Assembly: GCA_023421245.1 (NCBI GenBank)
Contig: JAEZTV010000015.1
Coordinates: forward strand, 24,360-88,359
DNA length: 64,000 nt
Direction: 5' to 3'
Source of the DNA: Bacillota bacterium
Lineage (GTDB): Bacteria > Bacillota > Clostridia > Oscillospirales > Ruminococcaceae
Below are positions 34,086-43,306 of the stretch, piece after piece. Positions within the stretch are counted from its first letter, which is position 1. Each line of letters begins with the position of its first letter. The notes under the pieces were generated by a model, which was not told the DNA's origin, made no database searches, and worked only from the letters and a program-made list of their open reading frames with translations. The translations under genes and the position numbers were made by a program.

Positions 34086-35648
34086 ATGAATGCAAACTCC
34101 GCACAGATCCTATTTTCAATGGGAATGTATCTTGTGCTGATTATCACAGTAGGGCTTGTAGTCTCTAAAAAATCCAACCAGAGCACCGAGAACTTCTTCT
34201 TGGGGGGAAGAAGCCTTGGTCCATGGGTAACGGCGATGAGCGCCGAAGCCTCCGACATGAGCGGCTGGCTCTTGATGGGTCTGCCCGGCGTCGCATACTG
34301 GTGCGGGTTGAGTGATGCGGTCTGGACCGCGATCGGCCTTGGAATCGGCACCTACATAAACTGGCTGATTACCGCAAAGCGCCTTCGCCACTATTCCGTG
34401 GTTGCCAACGACTCCATTACCCTGCCCGACTTTTTCAGCAACCGCTTTAAAGAGAAAAAGAAGGTTATTATGCTCATTGCCGCGCTGTTTATTCTGGTGT
34501 TCTTCACCGTATATGCTGCAAGCTGCTTTGTTACCTTCGGCAAGCTGTTCTCGACACTGTTTAACCTTAATTACACCCTGATGATGATTTTGGGCGCGAT
34601 TTTCGTAATTCTATATACCTTCCTCGGCGGCTTTCTTGCTGAGAGCGTGTGCGACTTTGTGCAGGGCATTATTATGATTATCGCTCTGGTTGCAGTGCTT
34701 ACGGCAGGAACACTCGCGGCAGGCGGCCCTGCGGGCGTACTCGCCAATATTAACGAAATTCCGGGTTTTCTTAATTTTTTTGGTATTGCAACGCCCGAGG
34801 TTACCGATGGCGTGCAGAACCTTTCGGCCACAGGTGCACCGCTGTTTGGCTCTGCGGCACCGTACGGCTTTTTAACGATTCTTTCGACGATGTCGTGGGG
34901 ACTTGGCTACTTCGGTATGCCGCAGGTACTCCTGCGTTTTATGGCAATCCGCAAGCCGTCCGAGGTAAGAAAGTCAAGGATTATTGCGACGGTATGGTGC
35001 GTTATTTCGCTGATTGCCGCGGTTTGCATCGGTTTAATCGGCCGTTCGCTTTATCCTTCGGATCTTTTGACCGCATCCGGTGCTGAAAGTGTGTTTGTTC
35101 TGATGAGTACTCGTTTGATGCCGCCACTGGTTGCGGGTGTTATGATGGCGGGTATTCTTGCCGCTACCATGAGCTCGTCCGATTCGTACCTGCTTATCGC
35201 ATCCAGTGCCGTAAGTAAGAACGTCTACCAAGGCATTTTTAAGAAGGATGCAACCGACAAACAGGTGATGACGCTTTCGCGCATTACGCTGGTTATTATT
35301 ACGGTAATCGGCATCCTCATCGCGCTTGACGAAACCAGCATCATCTTCCAGGTGGTGTCGTTTGCATGGGCAGGGTTTGGCGCGACGTTCGGCCCGCTGA
35401 TGCTCTTTTCGCTGTTTTGGAAGCGCACCAACCGTGCAGGTGCAATTGCCGGTATGGTTACGGGCGCCGGCATGGTGTTTTTGTGGAAGCTTGTCATCCG
35501 TCCCATAGGCGGGGTGTTTGGAATTTACGAGCTTCTGCCCGCATTCCTGTTCTCCTGCATCGCAATTGTGGTGGTTTCGCTTGCTACAAAGCGGCCCTCT
35601 GCCGAAATCGAGCAGGAATTTGAGCTTGCTAGAACGATGCAGGACTAA
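34086..35648 (+). CDS. putP: sodium:proline symporter (SSS family)
   Basis: FFLGGRSLGPWVTAMSAEASDMSGWLLMGLPG and about 13 TM helices. GAGGAGGAA RBS. Confidence 0.88.
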   Translation: MNANSAQILFSMGMYLVLIITVGLVVSKKSNQSTENFFLGGRSLGPWVTAMSAEASDMSGWLLMGLPGVAYWCGLSDAVWTAIGLGIGTYINWLITAKRLRHYSVVANDSITLPDFFSNRFKEKKKVIMLIAALFILVFFTVYAASCFVTFGKLFSTLFNLNYTLMMILGAIFVILYTFLGGFLAESVCDFVQGIIMIIALVAVLTAGTLAAGGPAGVLANINEIPGFLNFFGIATPEVTDGVQNLSATGAPLFGSAAPYGFLTILSTMSWGLGYFGMPQVLLRFMAIRKPSEVRKSRIIATVWCVISLIAAVCIGLIGRSLYPSDLLTASGAESVFVLMSTRLMPPLVAGVMMAGILAATMSSSDSYLLIASSAVSKNVYQGIFKKDATDKQVMTLSRITLVIITVIGILIALDETSIIFQVVSFAWAGFGATFGPLMLFSLFWKRTNRAGAIAGMVTGAGMVFLWKLVIRPIGGVFGIYELLPAFLFSCIAIVVVSLATKRPSAEIEQEFELARTMQD

Positions 35649-35677
35649 AATATAAAGACGGTAAACAGATTACACAT

Positions 35678-35728
35678 AAAGGCGGCATCAAGATCCATGT
35701 TTGGACTTTGATGCCGCCTTTAATTTTT
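35678..35728 (+). terminator. intrinsic terminator of putP
   Basis: AAAGGCGGCATCAA...TTGATGCCGCCTTT followed by AATTTTT. Confidence 0.8.
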
Positions 35729-35860
35729 GGCAAATACAGGCGGTTGTGATTGTATGTTTTTTTAAGGCATGGTACAATAATAATTACCATATAACAGGCA
35801 CAAAGGCTTACCTGTGCGATGCGTGGCATTACCGTAACGATTGTCTGGAGGAATGCAAAA

Positions 35861-37216
35861 ATGGCAAAGCAGGTCTTTGAAACCACACGCTTTGAGCGCC
35901 TCTCCTACGGCGGATTCTTTCTCGGGCAGAACATCATCTATGCACTGCAGTTCCAGTTTCTTACCTACTTTTATACCGAAAGCGTGGGGCTTACGCTTTC
36001 CTCTACCGCGGCAATGCTGCTGATTTCGCGCCTTTGGGATATCTTTGACGATCCGCTGGTTGGCGCGATTGTGGACAGGGTTAACCTCAAGAGCGGAAAA
36101 TACCTGCCGTGGCTGCGGCTTGTCACCTATACCGTTCCGCTTTCACTGGTGTTTGTGTTTGTGAACATCGGCAGCATTGTTGCGGCAACCGGTACCGCAA
36201 AGCTTGCGTTTGCCTATGTTACATATATCGTATGGAGCGTGCTGTATACGTTTTCCGATTCTCCTATTTTCTCGCTAGCCACCGTTATGACCTCGCAGAT
36301 GCACGAGCGCGACCGCCTGATCTCCTACGGGCGTTTTGCGGCGGCGCTTGCCGCTATCCTGACGGCGGTATTTATGACACTCAAGGCAGGGGCCGGATGG
36401 ACGGGAGCCATCGCCATCTACATGGCGTTTTCGTTCCTTGTGATGTTCCCGCTGCAGTTTACCGCAAAGGAGCGGGTGCAGCATAAACGCAGTGAGGATA
36501 TTTCAATCCTTAAAATATTTAAATGCCTGTTTCAGAACAAATATCTGCTTATCTACTATGTCGGCTTTTTTGCCATTAGTGCGGTAAACACGCTGCAGCC
36601 CATTGCACCATATTTCTGCAACTCAAACCTTGGCGACGAGGAGATGCTCACCATCGTGCTGGGCCTAAGCGTACTGCCAATCCTTATTGCAGCGCCAATG
36701 CTGCCATTTTTTATCAGCCGCTTCGGCAAAAAAAGGCTTACCATCTATACCTCGCTTGCGGCGATTGTGCTAAGCGTAATCCAGTATTTTATGGGGTACG
36801 CAAACTTTCCGCTCTTTTTGGCATTTACGGCGCTGCGTGTATTATGCATGCAGTTCCCGCTGCTCATTTATGGCATGTTCACCGCCGATTGCATTGAATA
36901 CGGTGCATACATCACGGGTGAACGTACCGAAGCAATCGCATTTTCGGTGCAGACGCTTATCACAAAGCTGGGCGGTACGGTGTGCAACACCATCTGCCTG
37001 CAGCTTCTTATTTTGTTTGGGTATGCCCAGCAGAGTGCTACGCAGACCAGAGCCGCGCTCGACGGAATTTGGAAGATACTTACCCTTGTGCCCGTCGCGG
37101 GCTTTGCTGTTATGATTATCATTATGCTGTTCTTCTATAAGCTTCGTGAGGAAGATGTACAGAAGATTATGCGTATCAACCGCGGCGAAGAGGTAAAGGA
37201 GGTGCTGACTCTATGA
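35861..37216 (+). CDS. glycoside-pentoside-hexuronide (GPH):cation symporter / MFS transporter
   Basis: LSYGGFFLGQNIIYALQFQFLTYFYTE ... ISRLWDIFDDPLVGAIVDR is typical of MelB/GPH. GGAGGAA RBS before ATG 35861. Confidence 0.85.
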   Translation: MAKQVFETTRFERLSYGGFFLGQNIIYALQFQFLTYFYTESVGLTLSSTAAMLLISRLWDIFDDPLVGAIVDRVNLKSGKYLPWLRLVTYTVPLSLVFVFVNIGSIVAATGTAKLAFAYVTYIVWSVLYTFSDSPIFSLATVMTSQMHERDRLISYGRFAAALAAILTAVFMTLKAGAGWTGAIAIYMAFSFLVMFPLQFTAKERVQHKRSEDISILKIFKCLFQNKYLLIYYVGFFAISAVNTLQPIAPYFCNSNLGDEEMLTIVLGLSVLPILIAAPMLPFFISRFGKKRLTIYTSLAAIVLSVIQYFMGYANFPLFLAFTALRVLCMQFPLLIYGMFTADCIEYGAYITGERTEAIAFSVQTLITKLGGTVCNTICLQLLILFGYAQQSATQTRAALDGIWKILTLVPVAGFAVMIIIMLFFYKLREEDVQKIMRINRGEEVKEVLTL

Positions 37217-39108
37217 GTAAGATTACGCCAAACAGCACGGTTGCCGAGGTGCTGCAAAACCCTGTGGGGCATGATGTAATAAAGCTTGCGCTTACCCAAA
37301 TGGGCAAAAGCATGCGCCTTGTGCAAAACCCGCTGGTGGGCTCGATGCGCATCAAATCGCTTCCCGTGTTGTCGCGTGGTGCGGTGGACGACGCGTTTGT
37401 AAGCACGCTAGTTAATCTGTTAAACACTGCGCCGCCGCCTGAGCCGCCCTACTCTGACCCGCCCGCGCGCGCATGGTGGAAGGAAGCGGTGGTATATCAA
37501 ATCTACCCGCGCAGCTTTCAGGACTCAAGCGGCGACGGCATCGGTGATCTTGCGGGCATCCTTGCAAGGCTCGATTACCTCAAGGAGCTTGGGGTGGACG
37601 TCATCTGGTTATCGCCCATCTACGATTCGCCCAACGACGACAACGGCTACGATATCCGCGACTATAAAAAGATTATGCAAGAGTTTGGTACGATGCAGGA
37701 CTTTGACCGCCTGCTTACCGAAGTGCATAACCGCGGCATGCGTCTGATTATGGACCTGGTAATCAACCACACCTCGGATGAACATACTTGGTTTGCCGAT
37801 GCGTGCCAAAACCCTAAGTCGCCCTACCGCGATTATTATATTTGGCGCACTACACCCGATGAGCATACCCCGCCCAACAACTGGACATCGTTATTTCGCG
37901 GCAGCGCATGGAACTACTATCCCAAGGCAGGCGCCTGGGCGTTACACCTTTTCTCTAAAAAGCAGATGGATTTAAACTGGGATAACCCCGCGCTGCGCGA
38001 AGAGCTGTACGACATGATAAACTGGTGGCTTCAGAAGGGCATTGACGGATTCCGGCTGGATGTCATCAATTTTATCTCCAAAACCCCATCCCTACCCGAT
38101 GGCAGCCCCGTATTGGGCGAGCTTTCCGGCTTTTGCGGGGTAGAGCACTACTTCCATGGCCCGCACCTGCACGATTATCTCAAAGAGCTGCGCTGGAATA
38201 CCTTTGCGAATTTTGATGCAATGACGGTGGGTGAGACCCCGATCATGGGCATGGAGATGGCGCGCTTGCTTACCGATGAGCGGCGTGCCGAGCTTGATGC
38301 GGTGTTCAATTTTGAACATCTCGAAACACCCGGCAAACGCCGGTTTGATGATTACCGCTACGATCTTACCTTTCTCAAACAGCACTGGAGCGAGTGGCAG
38401 CGAAGTCTTGGCAACGCCTGCTGGCAGACGCTGTTTTACGATAACCACGACAACCCCCGCATGGTAAGCAAGGTAAACCCCGACGAGCAGTATCGCGAGG
38501 CGGTGGCAAAATGCCTTGCCGTCCTTCAATTTACCTTGCGCGGCACGCCGTTTCTCTATCAGGGGCAGGAACTCGGCATGACAAACGCCCGGTTTGCTTC
38601 GATAGATGAAATACGGGATGTCGAAAGCCGTAACCTCTATGCAGAGCTGATTGAACAAGGCAAAACACAGGAGGAAGCCATGGCGGTCATCCGTGCCGGT
38701 ACGCGTGACCATGCCCGCACCCCCATGCAATGGGATGATTCCGAGCATGCTGGCTTTACGATCGCAACCCCTTGGCTGAAGGTAAACGAAAACTACCGGG
38801 TTATCAACGCAGCGGCACAGCAGCAAGACGAAGATTCGGTGCTTAGCTTTTACAAAAAGGCAATCGCCCTGCGCAGAGAATGTGCATCGCTAATCTATGG
38901 CGAGTTTGTTCCCGTTAAGACGGCAAAGAGCTTGTTTTGCTATTATCGTGTGCTCGACAGCAAGCGATATTACATCGAACTTAACCTTACCGAACGCGTC
39001 CAAAGGCGGCCGGTGAACACCGCCTTGTATACCCTAATGCTTGCAAACTATGGTACACCGACAAAGGAACTGCGCCCATACGAGGCTATAGTATACCGCT
39101 GCGAATAA
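37213..39108 (+). CDS. GH13 alpha-glucosidase / oligo-1,6-glucosidase with ~85-aa N-terminal extra domain
   Basis: WWKEAVVYQIYPRSFQDSSGDGIGDLAGI, GFRLDVINF, GETP, FYDNHDNPR catalytic blocks. AAGGAGGTG RBS. ATGA overlap with the symporter gene. Confidence 0.9.
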   Translation: MSKITPNSTVAEVLQNPVGHDVIKLALTQMGKSMRLVQNPLVGSMRIKSLPVLSRGAVDDAFVSTLVNLLNTAPPPEPPYSDPPARAWWKEAVVYQIYPRSFQDSSGDGIGDLAGILARLDYLKELGVDVIWLSPIYDSPNDDNGYDIRDYKKIMQEFGTMQDFDRLLTEVHNRGMRLIMDLVINHTSDEHTWFADACQNPKSPYRDYYIWRTTPDEHTPPNNWTSLFRGSAWNYYPKAGAWALHLFSKKQMDLNWDNPALREELYDMINWWLQKGIDGFRLDVINFISKTPSLPDGSPVLGELSGFCGVEHYFHGPHLHDYLKELRWNTFANFDAMTVGETPIMGMEMARLLTDERRAELDAVFNFEHLETPGKRRFDDYRYDLTFLKQHWSEWQRSLGNACWQTLFYDNHDNPRMVSKVNPDEQYREAVAKCLAVLQFTLRGTPFLYQGQELGMTNARFASIDEIRDVESRNLYAELIEQGKTQEEAMAVIRAGTRDHARTPMQWDDSEHAGFTIATPWLKVNENYRVINAAAQQQDEDSVLSFYKKAIALRRECASLIYGEFVPVKTAKSLFCYYRVLDSKRYYIELNLTERVQRRPVNTALYTLMLANYGTPTKELRPYEAIVYRCE

Positions 39109-39175
39109 GCTTTCGCTGCGAATATGGTCTGATAACGGCGAACCGATGGAGATTGCAGTGCCGCCCTTATCCTGC

Positions 39176-39205
39176 GGGAAAGCTTTTGCTTTTTTTACCG
39201 AAACC
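39176..39205 (+). promoter_or_regulatory. metG promoter (extended -10)
   Basis: TTGCTT, 18 nt, TGgTATAAT. Leaves a ~230-nt leader. Confidence 0.6.
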
Positions 39206-39442
39206 GTGGTATAATATCTCCACAAGCACATTTTAAGCTTTGCTTTGAATCAACTTGCCAAAGCAGGGATGGTATATTAAACCCATAATGACTGTTTTAC
39301 AGTCATTACCCGTATGAATCGCCTTTGGCAGCAAAGAACGCACGGGCGTATAAAAATGTAAGCTTATTAAAAGGCGGCCGTCCTTGGATGGGCCGCCATG
39401 CTAGCACCCCAATAGTTTTATCTGGGCGAAAGGATGTTATTG

Positions 39443-41395
39443 ATGGCAAAGAAATTTTATCTTACCACAGCAATTACCTACACCTCGCGCAAGCCACATA
39501 TCGGCAACACTTACGAGATTGTACTCTCGGATGCGATTGTGCGCTTTAAGCGAATGCTGGGGTACGATACCTATTTTCTTACCGGTACCGATGAGCATGG
39601 GCAAAAGATTGAGGAAAACGCCATACAAAACAATATGTCGCCCAAACAATATGTGGACAAGATCGCAGGTGAGGTTAAGGATATCTGGGATTTGATGAAC
39701 TCTTCTTACGACCAGTTTATCCGAACCACCGACGAGAAGCATATCAAGGGCGTACAGAAGATATTCAAAAAGCTATATGATCAGGGCGATATCTATAAAA
39801 GCTCCTACGAGGGCAACTACTGTGTGGCGTGCGAGTCGTTTTTTACTGATACACAGCTTGCGGAGGGTGTGTGCCCCGACTGCGGCGGCCCGGTAAAGCT
39901 GACCAAAGAGGAGGCCTACTTCTTTCAGATAAGCAAATATCAGGACAGGCTGATGAAGCATATCGAAGAAAACCCCGACTTCATCTGTCCCGAGTCTCGC
40001 AAGCGCGAGATGGTTAATAACTTTCTAAAGCCGGGCTTGCAGGATCTGTGCGTATCGCGCACCTCGTTTCAGTGGGGTGTGCCGGTAACGTTTGACGAGC
40101 GCCATGTTGTGTATGTATGGATTGATGCGCTCTCAAACTATATCACAGCGCTTGATTATGATGCCGACGGCCCCGGCGAGCTTTACGAAAAGTATTGGCC
40201 CGCGGATGTTCATGTCATTGGCAAGGATATTCTGCGCTTTCATACAATCTATTGGCCTATCCTTCTTATGGCGCTCGGCGAGCCGTTGCCAAAGCAGGTG
40301 TTCGGGCATCCGTGGCTGCTTTCGGGGGTTGATAAGATGAGCAAGTCGAAGGGCAACGTCATGTATGCCGATGACCTTGTGCGTCATTTTGGCGTGGACG
40401 GCGTGCGCTACTATCTGCTTAGTGAAATGCCCTATGCAAACGACGGAACCATCACCTACCAAAACATTATTGCGCGGTATAACTCGGACCTTGCAAACAC
40501 GCTTGGCAATCTGGTGAACCGTACCGTCGCGATGCTTCACAAATACTTTGACGGCACCGTTGCAAAGCCTGCCTTGCAGCCCGAGCCGCTGGATGCCGAG
40601 CTTGCGGACTCTGCGCGGCAAGCGGTACAGCGTTTTGTCGAGCGGATGAACGCTTACAAAACTGCCGATGCGCTGGATGCCGTGATGGATGTTGCGCACC
40701 GCAGCAACAAGTATATTGACGAAACCATGCCGTGGGCGCTTGCCAAGGACGAGGATAAGCGGCAGCGGTTGGCCGCTGTTTTATATAACCTTGCGGAGAG
40801 CATTCGCTTTATCGCGGTAATGATAGCCCCGCTGCTGCCCGAAACGGGTGCGGCAATCCTTGCGCAGCTTGGCGGCCCTGCGGGTGACTATGCATCGCTT
40901 GCGTCGTTTGGCGCGATGGATTTGTATACGGTAGGCGCGGCAGTGCCGCTGTTTGCCCGCATTGATGAGCCAAAGAAGCTTGCTGAGCTTGATGCGGAAC
41001 TTGCCGCAGGGGCTCCTGCCGGGCAATCCGACAAGCAACCGGAGCAGAAAAAAGCGGCAGAAGAAATCCCAGGGGTAATCACCATCGATGATTTTGCAAA
41101 GGTTGCTTTGTGCACCGCGCAAATTAAGGCGTGCGAGCCGGTGGAAAAGAGCGATAAGCTCTTAAAGCTGACGCTGGATGACGGCACAGCGATGCGTCAG
41201 GTGGTTTCAGGCATTGCACAATGGTACAAACCGGACGACCTGATTGGCAAGAAGGTAATTGTGGTTGCGAACCTAAAGCCCGCCAAACTGCGCGGTGTGG
41301 AGTCTAACGGTATGATTCTTGCCGCCGACGTTGCGGGACGCGCCGCCGTTGTGTTTGTGGATGCATCGGTGCCAAACGGCTCGACGGTTCGGTAG
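39443..41395 (+). CDS. metG: methionine--tRNA ligase with C-terminal EMAP/Trbp111-type tRNA-binding domain
   Basis: HIGN (KPHIGNTYE), KMSKS (DKMSKSKGN), CxxC...CPDCG zinc knuckle. C-terminal ...VVANLKPAKLRGVESNGMILAA. Confidence 0.97.
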   Translation: MAKKFYLTTAITYTSRKPHIGNTYEIVLSDAIVRFKRMLGYDTYFLTGTDEHGQKIEENAIQNNMSPKQYVDKIAGEVKDIWDLMNSSYDQFIRTTDEKHIKGVQKIFKKLYDQGDIYKSSYEGNYCVACESFFTDTQLAEGVCPDCGGPVKLTKEEAYFFQISKYQDRLMKHIEENPDFICPESRKREMVNNFLKPGLQDLCVSRTSFQWGVPVTFDERHVVYVWIDALSNYITALDYDADGPGELYEKYWPADVHVIGKDILRFHTIYWPILLMALGEPLPKQVFGHPWLLSGVDKMSKSKGNVMYADDLVRHFGVDGVRYYLLSEMPYANDGTITYQNIIARYNSDLANTLGNLVNRTVAMLHKYFDGTVAKPALQPEPLDAELADSARQAVQRFVERMNAYKTADALDAVMDVAHRSNKYIDETMPWALAKDEDKRQRLAAVLYNLAESIRFIAVMIAPLLPETGAAILAQLGGPAGDYASLASFGAMDLYTVGAAVPLFARIDEPKKLAELDAELAAGAPAGQSDKQPEQKKAAEEIPGVITIDDFAKVALCTAQIKACEPVEKSDKLLKLTLDDGTAMRQVVSGIAQWYKPDDLIGKKVIVVANLKPAKLRGVESNGMILAADVAGRAAVVFVDASVPNGSTVR

Positions 41396-41572
41396 CAGCG
41401 AAGTGGATTACCATGACATTTGATACGAAAAGATGCAAAGAGTCAAGGCTTGCTGTGCAGCGAAAAACTTCGCCTTAGCATACCAAGCTTTGGCTCGCAA
41501 CATGTTTCACGGCAAAATCAAAAACATCTTTTTTGATGGGTGCAGTGAACATTATCTAAGAAAGGAACATGA

Positions 41573-42361
41573 ATGAACAATATCTTTGATTCGCACGCGC
41601 ATTATGATGATGAACGCTTTGATGAGGATAGAGATGAGCTGCTCGCCCGGGCGCTGAAGGCTGGCGGCGTGCGCGCTGTCATCAATGCGGGGGTGGATAT
41701 GCGCACAAGCCAAATTGCTTTGCAGTACGCGGGACAGTACGAAAATATCTATTGTGCAGTGGGAATCCATCCGCAGGCGGCAGAGGAATATACTCCGCAA
41801 AACCTTAGCATACTCGAAGAGCTGTGTAACGAGCCTAAGGTGGTTGCCATTGGAGAGATCGGTCTGGACTACTACTATGAGCAGCCCGACCGCGACACGC
41901 AAAAGGCAGCGTTTGCCGCGCAGCTTTCGCTTGCAAGGCAGCTTTCAAAGCCCGTTATCATCCATAACCGCGACGCGACTGCCGATATGATACTGCACCT
42001 GAAGAAGTTTCGGCCTTGCGGTGTAATGCACTGTTTTTCGGGCAGCGCCGAAATCGCCAAAGAGCTGCTTGCCATGGGGTTGTATCTTGGCTACACCGGG
42101 ATCGTTACCTTTTCAAACGCGAAACGTGTACTGGAAGCGGTGGCTGCAACACCGCTTGACCGCCTTTTGCTTGAAACCGACTGTCCATACATGGCGCCCG
42201 TCCCCCATAGGGGTACACGCAGTGACAGCCGTATGATTAAGCATACCGCGGAAAGAATCGCCGAAATCAAGGGTATCCCTACGCAGGAGCTTATCGATAT
42301 CGCCACCGAGAATACCTGCCGCCTGTTCGGCGTAGACCTCGGCGGGCATACCGATACCTGA
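41573..42361 (+). CDS. TatD family metal-dependent hydrolase/DNase
   Basis: FDSHAHYDD ... GEIGLDYY ... IHNRDA ... HCFSGS ... ETDCPY motif series. Confidence 0.92.
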   Translation: MNNIFDSHAHYDDERFDEDRDELLARALKAGGVRAVINAGVDMRTSQIALQYAGQYENIYCAVGIHPQAAEEYTPQNLSILEELCNEPKVVAIGEIGLDYYYEQPDRDTQKAAFAAQLSLARQLSKPVIIHNRDATADMILHLKKFRPCGVMHCFSGSAEIAKELLAMGLYLGYTGIVTFSNAKRVLEAVAATPLDRLLLETDCPYMAPVPHRGTRSDSRMIKHTAERIAEIKGIPTQELIDIATENTCRLFGVDLGGHTDT

Positions 42362-42780
42362 TGGTGTGCGGGATGAAATGGCTGACAAAACCTCGTGCCG
42401 CTGTGGGTGTTGCGGCAATCAATGCATTTATCATCGTCATCAGGTTGCTTGTTATTGTACGGGTGCTGCCCTATAATCTGATGGGCGGCGGGCGTTTAAT
42501 GAGCTACGAGGCAGCGGCAACCATGTCGGTGATTACCATCATGGTACTGTTGTTTGTCACGCTGCTTGCTCTGGCGGCAGGCGGGATTATCCGCTTAAAT
42601 GGGTACCGCAACGCGCTGCGGGTATTTTTGCTTGCGTTTTTTGTGTTCTTTTGCTTTCATGTGCTGCTTGGTTTCGTGAGTACGATGTGGCTTGAACGCT
42701 ACATCATCAGTACGGCAAACCTTGTAGTTGCACTGCTGGTTTTGCGTTTGGCGCATCGCGATAGAGAGGATGAACTATGA
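42361..42780 (+). CDS. hypothetical 4-TM membrane protein
   Basis: Hydrophobic helices throughout. The start is either ATG 42361 (TGATG overlap with the tatD-like gene) or ATG 42373. Confidence 0.55.
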   Translation: MVCGMKWLTKPRAAVGVAAINAFIIVIRLLVIVRVLPYNLMGGGRLMSYEAAATMSVITIMVLLFVTLLALAAGGIIRLNGYRNALRVFLLAFFVFFCFHVLLGFVSTMWLERYIISTANLVVALLVLRLAHRDREDEL

Positions 42781-42980
42781 TGCTTTTGCTTTCGCTGTTT
42801 GTGTTGTGTGCAGGGCTGTTTCAACTGCTCGCACCGCAGGTATGGTATGAGATAACCCAAGGATGGAAGTCCTATAGCGCTGCCGACCCATCCGACCTGT
42901 TCATCAAGGTAACGCGCATCACCGGCGCGGTATTTGTCTTCGTTGGTCTGGGCGGCGCAGTGTTAAGTTTTGTCCTGTAA
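42777..42980 (+). CDS. small 2-TM membrane protein (67 aa)
   Basis: AGAGAGGATGA RBS. ATGA overlap with the previous gene. Two hydrophobic helices flank a WYEITQGWKSYSAADPSD loop. Confidence 0.55.
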   Translation: MMLLLSLFVLCAGLFQLLAPQVWYEITQGWKSYSAADPSDLFIKVTRITGAVFVFVGLGGAVLSFVL

Positions 42981-43044
42981 CAGCGAATCTGTGTAAAATA
43001 AAGACCCGGCCTGCGGAGGCCCAAACCCTTGTCTCTCACGCAAT

Positions 43045-43090
43045 AAAAAAGTCCGTACCGGTAACCATCGGTACGGACTTTGCTGTTTAT
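43045..43090 (+). terminator. intrinsic terminator after the metG-tatD-membrane gene block
   Basis: AAAGTCCGTACCG-GTAACCAT-CGGTACGGACTTT followed by GCTGTTTAT. Confidence 0.75.
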
Positions 43091-43125
43091 GAGGTAATAA
43101 AGCTTGTTGCTTGAAGATGTTACTT

Positions 43126-43306
43126 AATGTCTGCTGAATAATTCAGAACTGCAGCCGCTGTGCGGCGTGAAAAGTATTTTTGAATTAAGGAAGTGCAAGG
43201 TTTTTAAAAAAAAATCCAGATTCATAGACATCAAGGAATTCCTGTATTGATAAAAAGGGCTTGTCCCAACCGTTTTTATCAATTGTGTGCTTTGGCATAG
43301 GCGTTA
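43126..43306 (+). repeat. copy B of the ~145-nt structured intergenic repeat, carrying a 36-nt insertion
   Basis: Aligns to 17678..17823. Extra aaggaagtgcaaggtttttaaaaaaaaatccaga at ~43188-43221. Its 3' end abuts the stop codon of the CAP-domain gene. Confidence 0.8.

Noticed and set aside
38092-38826. 244-aa antisense ORF in the GH13 gene. Similar cases: 40133-40699 in metG, 46296-47006 in argG, 50790-51404 and 51149-51550 in argJ, 52588-53055 in argB, 53546-54118 in argD, 57325-57864 in the CrtI-like gene, 14205-14780 in the SBP gene
   Set aside because: All lie opposite genes with unambiguous conserved motifs. All lack an RBS and have skewed composition. They are GC-rich third-position shadows.
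39206-39442. T-box or SAM riboswitch upstream of metG
   Set aside because: I could not find the conserved T-box 14-mer (..GGUGGUACCGCG..-like), a U-tailed terminator, or SAM-I core sequences. It is kept only as an unclassified structured leader.
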